From contig JACQBZ010000028.1 of assembly GCA_016194285.1 (NCBI GenBank), forward strand, positions 25,320-89,319: 64,000 bases of DNA. Direction: 5' to 3'. Origin of the DNA: Nitrospirota bacterium. Lineage in GTDB: Bacteria; Nitrospirota; Nitrospiria; JACQBZ01. The notes under the pieces were generated by a model. The model ran no database searches. It was not told the DNA's origin and saw only the letters and a list, made by a program, of their open reading frames with translations. Position 1 is the first letter of the stretch, and the number at the start of each line of letters is the position of its first letter. A program made the translations under genes and the position numbers. Below are positions 58,168 to 64,000 of this stretch, one piece after another.

Positions 58168-59886
58168 ATGACGATCCCTCTTCGTGTTTTGATCGTCGAA
58201 GATTCGGTGGACGATACAGATCTGCTGCTTCGGGAATTGCGGCTCGGCGGTTACGAGCCGACCCATGAGCGCGTCGAGACACCCGAAGCCATGAACGCGG
58301 CACTGGACCAACAAATGTGGGATATCGTCTTCGGAGATTACTCCATGCCGCACTTCAACGGCATGGCGGCCTTGAAGTTATTGAGGGAGAGAGGGCTCGA
58401 TCTGCCCTTTATTTTTATATCGGGGACGATTGGTGAAGATACCGCGGTGGCTTCGATGAAGGCCGGCGCAAACGACTACGTGATCAAAGGCAACCTGAAG
58501 CGCCTCCTTCCGGCGGTCGACCGTGAACTGAAGGAAGCCGCGGTGCGGCGCGAGCACCGGCAGGCCGAAGAAACGATCCGGTACCTGGCCTATTACGATC
58601 CCCTCACCGGCCTTCCCAATCGGACTTCGCTCCTAGACCGGCTGCACCTTGCGATTACGGAAGGGTCGGGCCAAAAAAAATCCGTCGCTCTTCTATTAAT
58701 GGATTTGGACCACTTCAAGGAGGTCAATGATACGCTAGGGCATCATCGCGGCGATATTCTGTTGCAGCAGGTCGGATCGCGACTGCGGGCCGTGTTGAGG
58801 CCATCCGATCTCGTCGCGCGTCTGGGGGGGGATGAGTTTGCGGTGTTGCTGCCGTTGGCGTCATCCCAGCATGCGGCCCAAGTGGCCCAGAAGATCCTGG
58901 AGGCGTTGGAGCCGCCCTTTATGATTGACGGGTTGCCCGTTGCGGTTGAAGCCGGTGTCGGTATTGCAGTCTGTCCCGATCACGGAACGAATCCGAACAG
59001 CCTGATGCAGCGGGCCGATGTGGCGATGTACGCGGCGAAGCAGACCGGCAGCGGCTACATCGTTTATGATACCCACTATGACCGGCACAGTCCCCGCCGA
59101 CTGTCGCTGATCGGAGAATTGCGCCAGGCCATCGAGCGGGACCAGCTTTTTCTACACTTCCAGCCGAAGATCGACCTGAAAACCCGTCGGGTCATCGGGG
59201 TCGAGGCGTTGGTGCGATGGCGGCATCCCGAGCATGGGTTCGTCCCGCCGGATCAATTCATCGAGCCGGCGGAGCAGACCGGGCTGATCAAGCCGCTGAC
59301 GCTGTGGATCTTCAATGCGGCGCGGCGGGAAGGGTTGATGTGGCAGCAGGCCGGGATCCACCTTTCAATGTCGGTGAACCTATCGGCTCGGAACCTTCAT
59401 GATCCGCACTTTCCGGACCAGATCTCCGAGATCCTTCAAACCACGGGCGGGAAGCCGGATGAGCTGGAACTGGAGATTACCGAGAGCGCGATCATGAATG
59501 ATCCGGCCCGTGCGTTGGAAGCGATCACGCGGCTCCGGGCGATGGGTATCCGGTTTGCGATCGACGATTTCGGAATCGGCTATTCCTCGCTGGCCTATCT
59601 TAAACGATTGCCGGTGGACGCGATCAAAATCGACAAGTCGTTCGTGATCAACATGATCGAAAATCAAAACGATGCCGTGATCGTTCGTTCCACGATCGAC
59701 CTGGCCCACAATCTGGGCCTTAAGGTGATCGCGGAGGGCGTGGAGAAACAGGATATCTGGGATCGGCTGTCGGCCCTGGGCTGTGATGCCGCACAGGGCT
59801 ATTACATGAGCCGCCCGATGCCGGCCGAGGAACTCACCCGCTGGTTGTCCGACTCGCCGTATGGTTTGAATTGCCGTGCCGTATGA
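58168..59886 (+). CDS. REC-GGDEF-EAL signalling protein
   Basis: VLIVEDS/DYSMP receiver; RPSD I-site and GGDEF; EALVRW, ELEITES, DDFGIGYSS, AEGVE. Confidence 0.93.
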   Translation: MTIPLRVLIVEDSVDDTDLLLRELRLGGYEPTHERVETPEAMNAALDQQMWDIVFGDYSMPHFNGMAALKLLRERGLDLPFIFISGTIGEDTAVASMKAGANDYVIKGNLKRLLPAVDRELKEAAVRREHRQAEETIRYLAYYDPLTGLPNRTSLLDRLHLAITEGSGQKKSVALLLMDLDHFKEVNDTLGHHRGDILLQQVGSRLRAVLRPSDLVARLGGDEFAVLLPLASSQHAAQVAQKILEALEPPFMIDGLPVAVEAGVGIAVCPDHGTNPNSLMQRADVAMYAAKQTGSGYIVYDTHYDRHSPRRLSLIGELRQAIERDQLFLHFQPKIDLKTRRVIGVEALVRWRHPEHGFVPPDQFIEPAEQTGLIKPLTLWIFNAARREGLMWQQAGIHLSMSVNLSARNLHDPHFPDQISEILQTTGGKPDELELEITESAIMNDPARALEAITRLRAMGIRFAIDDFGIGYSSLAYLKRLPVDAIKIDKSFVINMIENQNDAVIVRSTIDLAHNLGLKVIAEGVEKQDIWDRLSALGCDAAQGYYMSRPMPAEELTRWLSDSPYGLNCRAV

Positions 59887-60245
59887 TCGGCCTAAAACTT
59901 GACTTTCATCATCCGAGGATATAATGCTACTCCATCGGTAAATACCTTCGGATCATCAAGCGAATTGTTCTCTTGCCGTTGGGGTTCGGCTTTATACGGA
60001 TTCAAACCGTTCTGTTGAAGGTCGGCGAATGCTTTTGGAGGGTTAAACCATGCCCCTTCAAGGTGATCCTCATCTCTTCATTCAGGTTCTCTTCGAGAAT
60101 TGCAAGCATCGTCGTCATCCTGAGCCGAAGTCATCGGCTGACGCTTTGGCATCCCGTATCATCCCAACCCCATATAAAAAAATGCTCAACGAGGTGGAAA
60201 CCATACGGGCTTCCTCATTCCGCTGTTGACTCGATGGGAACGGGT

Positions 60246-61310
60246 ATGGACCCGAAGAATGCACTTCGCTACGCATGGCAACCCTATGTCGTTGCCATAG
60301 CCCTTATCGCTGCGGCTGCCGCACTGCGGCTATGGCCACTGCAAGCTCTCGGAGTGCGCCTTGCCTGGCTGACGTTCTATCCGGCCGTAGTGGCCGCGGC
60401 TCTCTACGGGGGCTTTTCTGCTGGCTTGCTGGGGACATTTCTCAGCTGTCTCACCCTACTATATTTATTGCCAGCATTCGTTGACCAACCCTTCATCCGA
60501 GATTCCGTTGACTGGTTGGGCCTGGCGGTCTTCTTCATAACGTGCACGATGATCTCATCCGTCGCCGAGGCGATGCGTCGCGCCCAGGCACGAGCGAAGC
60601 AGGCCAAGGAGCAACTCAAAACCGCCAACCGCAAGTTGGAAGCGGCCAACAAAGAGTTGGAGGCCTTCAGCTATTCCGTCTCTCACGATCTGCGCGCGCC
60701 GCTCCGAAGCATTGATGGTTTCAGCCAGGCACTGCTGGAGGATTATTCCGAAAAGCTGGACGTGGAAGGGAAGGACCACCTTCAGCGCGTGCGCGCGGCC
60801 ACCCGGCGCATGGCCCAGCTCATTGACGACATGCTCAATCTCTCCCGCGTGACGCGCTCCGAGATGCAGCGCGAGAAAGTGGATCTGAGTACGCTGGCGC
60901 AAACGATCGCCGCGGAATTGAAAAAGACGCAGCCCGAACGTCACGTGACATTCGTCATTGCGCCCGGGCTGGTCGCGGAGGGGGATGCGCGGCTGCTTCG
61001 GGCCGTCCTGGAGAACCTGTTTTCCAACGCCTATAAGTTTACGCGAAAGCAGCCCCAGGCTAAAATCGAGTTCGGTCTGACACGGCAGGATGGACAACCG
61101 GTCTATTTCGTGCGCGACAACGGCGCCGGCTTAGACATGGCCTATGCGGACAAGCTGTTCGGGGTGTTTCAGAGGCTGCACGGGATTGCCGAGTTTGAAG
61201 GCACCGGAATCGGGCTCGCCACCGTTCAACGGATCATCCATCGCCACGGCGGGCGCATCTGGGCCGAGGGCGCGGTGGAAAAAGGAGCCACGATCTACTT
61301 CACCCTGTAA
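60246..61310 (+). CDS. Sensor histidine kinase (DUF4118-like TM domain, Cph1-like HisKA/HATPase)
   Basis: [15 protein letters not shown] region; [31 protein letters not shown]; start 60234 or 60246. Confidence 0.9.
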   Translation: MDPKNALRYAWQPYVVAIALIAAAAALRLWPLQALGVRLAWLTFYPAVVAAALYGGFSAGLLGTFLSCLTLLYLLPAFVDQPFIRDSVDWLGLAVFFITCTMISSVAEAMRRAQARAKQAKEQLKTANRKLEAANKELEAFSYSVSHDLRAPLRSIDGFSQALLEDYSEKLDVEGKDHLQRVRAATRRMAQLIDDMLNLSRVTRSEMQREKVDLSTLAQTIAAELKKTQPERHVTFVIAPGLVAEGDARLLRAVLENLFSNAYKFTRKQPQAKIEFGLTRQDGQPVYFVRDNGAGLDMAYADKLFGVFQRLHGIAEFEGTGIGLATVQRIIHRHGGRIWAEGAVEKGATIYFTL

Positions 61311-61328
61311 CGGTAAAGGAGAAACGGG

Positions 61329-61775
61329 ATGGCCGAGAAAATCATTCTGCTGGTGGAAGACAATCCGGATGACGAGGCCTTGACCGTCCGCGCGCTCAAA
61401 AAACATCACATCACGAGCAAGATCGTCGTGGCCCGTGACGGCGCCGAGGCGTTGGACTATCTGTTCGGCGCCGGCGCCCATGCCGGCCGTGATACGAGCC
61501 GGATGCCCGTCTTGATCTTTCTGGATTTACAACTGCCGGGGATCAACGGCATCGAGGTCTTGAAGCGGATCCGAGGCAACCACCGGACGAAATTCATTCC
61601 GGTCGTGATCCTGACCGGCTCGGCGGAGGACCGGCACGTCGCCGAGAGCTATCGGGTCGGCGTCAACAGCTTCATTCAAAAGCCGGCCGAATTCAAGGCC
61701 TTTGCCGAGGCGGTCTGGCAAATCGGGCATTACTGGCTCATGATCAACCGGCCGGCCCCGGCGGCGGGGTCTTAA
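61329..61775 (+). CDS. Single-domain response regulator (Rcp1-like)
   Basis: ILLVEDNPDD, FLDLQLPGING, VVILTGS, NSFIQKP, YWL tail. Confidence 0.92.
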   Translation: MAEKIILLVEDNPDDEALTVRALKKHHITSKIVVARDGAEALDYLFGAGAHAGRDTSRMPVLIFLDLQLPGINGIEVLKRIRGNHRTKFIPVVILTGSAEDRHVAESYRVGVNSFIQKPAEFKAFAEAVWQIGHYWLMINRPAPAAGS

Positions 61776-63488
61776 ATGAGCATTCCAATTCGGGTTTTAA
61801 TCGTTGAGGATTCCGAAGACGACGCGATGCTTCTGGTCCAGGAACTCCGGCGGGAAGGCTATGACCCGACGTATGAGCGGGTGGATACGCCGGAAGCCAT
61901 GACGGCGGCGCTGGACCGGCAAACTTGGGAAATCGTTTTTTGTGACTACACCATGCCCCATTACAGCGGCACATCGGCGTTGAAGTTGCTGAGGGCGCGG
62001 GATCCGGATATTCCCTTTATCTTTGTCTCCGGCACGATCGGCGAGGATGCGGCAGTGGAGGCCATGAAGAACGGGGCAAACGACTACATCATGAAAGACA
62101 ATCTGAAACGTCTGATTCCGGCCATCAAGCGGGAATTGCGCGAAGCGGAGATGCGGCGGTCGCATGCGCTTGCGGAGGAGACGATTCAGCACATGGCCTT
62201 TTACGACACGCTGACCGGCCTTCCGAATCGTAACATGCTCTACGACCGCCTGCTCAACGCCATCCGGACCGGCGGTGATAAAGGCAGACCGATGGCGCTG
62301 CTGCTCATGGATCTGGACCATTTCAAGGAGATCAACGACACGCTGGGCCATCATCGCGGCGACGTCTTGTTGCAACAGGTCGGGTCGCGCCTGCAAGGGG
62401 CATTGAGGCCGACCGATATCGTCGCGCGTCTGGGCGGAGATGAATTCGCCGTGATGCTTCCGTTGTCCGGATCGGGCGACGCCGCGCTGGTTGCAAAGAA
62501 GATCCAAAAGGCGTTGGAGCTGCCCTTTATGATCGAGGGACTGCCCGTTGCGGTTGAATTCAGTATCGGGGTCGCGCTCTATCCCGATCACGGGGCGAAT
62601 CCGGACAGCCTGATGCAGCGGGCCGATGTCGCCATGTACGCGGCCAAGACGACCGGCGAGGGGTACCTCCTTTACGAAGCCCGACATGACCGGCACAGCC
62701 CTCGCCGACTCGCGCTGATAGGCGAGCTGCGGTGGGCCATCGAAAGAAGCCAGTTATTGTTACACTACCAGCCCAAGATCAGCCTCAAGACCGGCCGCGT
62801 AATCGGGATGGAGGCGCTGGTCCGGTGGCAGCACCCGGAGCACGGCTTCATCCCGCCCGATCAGTTCATCGAGCCGGCTGAACGGACGGGGCTGATTAAG
62901 CCGCTTACGCGGTGGGTGTTTGATACGGCACAGAAACAGTGTCTTACCTGGCACCGGGCCGGTTACGAGTTCACGACGTCAATCAACCTGTCGGCCCGAA
63001 ACCTGCACGATACGCAGCTTCCGGATGAACTCGCCGGGCTCCTTCGGGAATGCGGCGGGCGGCCGGACCGACTGCAACTGGAGATCACCGAGACCGCGAT
63101 CATGGCCGATCCGGCCCGCGCGCTGGAGGCGATCACTCGGTTGCGGGCCATCGGTATTCGATTCTCGATTGATGATTTCGGGACCGGCTATTCCTCCCTG
63201 GGCTATCTCAAAAAGCTGCCGGTGGACGAGATCAAGATCGACCGGTCGTTTGTGATCAACATGGCGAAAGACCCGAGCGATGTCATGATCGTGCGCTCGA
63301 CAATCGATCTCGCCCACAATCTGGGTCTGAAGGTCGTGGCCGAAGGGGTAGAGAATAAAGAGACCTACGATCGGTTGGGCAAGTTGGGCTGCGATGCCGC
63401 GCAGGGCTATTACATGGCCCGGCCGATGCCGGCCGAGAACCTTACCCGCTGGCTGGCCGAATCGCCGTGGGGGTTGAATTTAAGGTAA
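61776..63488 (+). CDS. REC-GGDEF-EAL signalling protein (paralog of 58168)
   Basis: Receiver; RPTD and GGDEF; EALVRW, DDFGTGYSS, AEGVE. Confidence 0.93.
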   Translation: MSIPIRVLIVEDSEDDAMLLVQELRREGYDPTYERVDTPEAMTAALDRQTWEIVFCDYTMPHYSGTSALKLLRARDPDIPFIFVSGTIGEDAAVEAMKNGANDYIMKDNLKRLIPAIKRELREAEMRRSHALAEETIQHMAFYDTLTGLPNRNMLYDRLLNAIRTGGDKGRPMALLLMDLDHFKEINDTLGHHRGDVLLQQVGSRLQGALRPTDIVARLGGDEFAVMLPLSGSGDAALVAKKIQKALELPFMIEGLPVAVEFSIGVALYPDHGANPDSLMQRADVAMYAAKTTGEGYLLYEARHDRHSPRRLALIGELRWAIERSQLLLHYQPKISLKTGRVIGMEALVRWQHPEHGFIPPDQFIEPAERTGLIKPLTRWVFDTAQKQCLTWHRAGYEFTTSINLSARNLHDTQLPDELAGLLRECGGRPDRLQLEITETAIMADPARALEAITRLRAIGIRFSIDDFGTGYSSLGYLKKLPVDEIKIDRSFVINMAKDPSDVMIVRSTIDLAHNLGLKVVAEGVENKETYDRLGKLGCDAAQGYYMARPMPAENLTRWLAESPWGLNLR

Positions 63489-63500
63489 AGGGGAACGGGT

Positions 63501-64000
63501 ATGAAGCCGGTCACGACGTTTCTGCGGATTTTGGTTGTTGTGGCCGTTGCAGAAGTCCTGGTGACGGGGATCTTTTGGGCCCTCAACATCCCGCGGGGCA
63601 TGATCGCTGTGATGACCGATACGGTTCTGCTGACCGTGATTGGCGGCTCGCTCATCTATTTGTGGGTTGTTAAACCGGTCGGGCAAGAGCTTCGAGCCCG
63701 GGTGGAGGCGATCGACGCGGCCGGCGAGATGATCGTCATCACCGATCGAAATGGAGTGGTCGAATACGTCAATCCTGCCTTTGCCCGCACCACCGGCTAT
63801 ACCCCGGCTGAAATCATCGGCCGAAAACTGTCGCTGCTTAAATCCGGCAGCCACGATCAGGCCTTTTTTCGGTCTCTCTGGGAGACAATCTCGATACCGA
63901 GGGTATGGTCCGGCGAGATGATCAATCGTCGGAAGGATGGGACCCTGTATCCTGAGGAGCAGACCATTACACCGGTGACGGATGAGAAAGGGCGGGTCAT
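63501..64000 (+). CDS. Membrane-anchored PAS domain sensor (partial, runs off window end)
   Basis: Manual translation: two TM segments then IVITDRNGVVEYVNPAF..TGY..EIIG...WSGEMINRRKDG. Confidence 0.8.
   Translation, partial: MKPVTTFLRILVVVAVAEVLVTGIFWALNIPRGMIAVMTDTVLLTVIGGSLIYLWVVKPVGQELRARVEAIDAAGEMIVITDRNGVVEYVNPAFARTTGYTPAEIIGRKLSLLKSGSHDQAFFRSLWETISIPRVWSGEMINRRKDGTLYPEEQTITPVTDEKGRV

Noticed and set aside
59973..60233. N-terminal extension of the histidine kinase ORF
   Set aside because: TTG start without RBS and non-protein-like sequence; ATG 60234/60246 is more plausible.
58168..63488. Hypr-GGDEF (cGAMP synthase) that would explain the riboswitch variant
   Set aside because: Both keep Asp in GHHRGD rather than the Ser/Thr signature.

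Overview
A 64-kb chromosomal window, mostly housekeeping genes, from a moderately GC-rich bacterium; gene content and repeat style suggest Nitrospirota (inference only). From left to right: TauE/CymR-like Rrf2, CNNM protein, pabB/pabC-like pair, HEAT + HD-GYP pair, a complete iscRSUA-hscBA-fdx-iscX operon facing a DsrE/F/H-like trio, NrdR-boxed class II RNR (nrdJ), DUF3870, a radical SAM enzyme, menG/ubiE, uvrA, an aldolase/SDR fusion, aroF, DedA, nadE-mgsA, yebC-ruvCAB, a GEMM-I riboswitch ahead of an 849-aa lipoprotein, the pheA-hisC-aroF-tyrA-aroA-cmk-plsC-rpsA-sppA-ihfB cluster, aat, pntAB and a duplicated HK/RR/REC-GGDEF-EAL signalling module. No rRNA, tRNA, CRISPR array or intact transposase was seen. 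The most unusual signals are: (1) a GEMM-I riboswitch with C at specificity position 20 and a readable OFF-switch platform; (2) a ~60-bp palindromic repeat that adds the same C-terminal peptide to PheA and PntA; (3) an unassigned terminator/antiterminator leader before DUF3870; (4) a shared N-terminal domain in the HEAT and HD-GYP partners; (5) 64-bp direct repeats bracketing nadE-mgsA; (6) two apparent deletion scars, in hisC and in a sensor/regulator chimera. All family calls come from reading motifs by eye, not from database searches.
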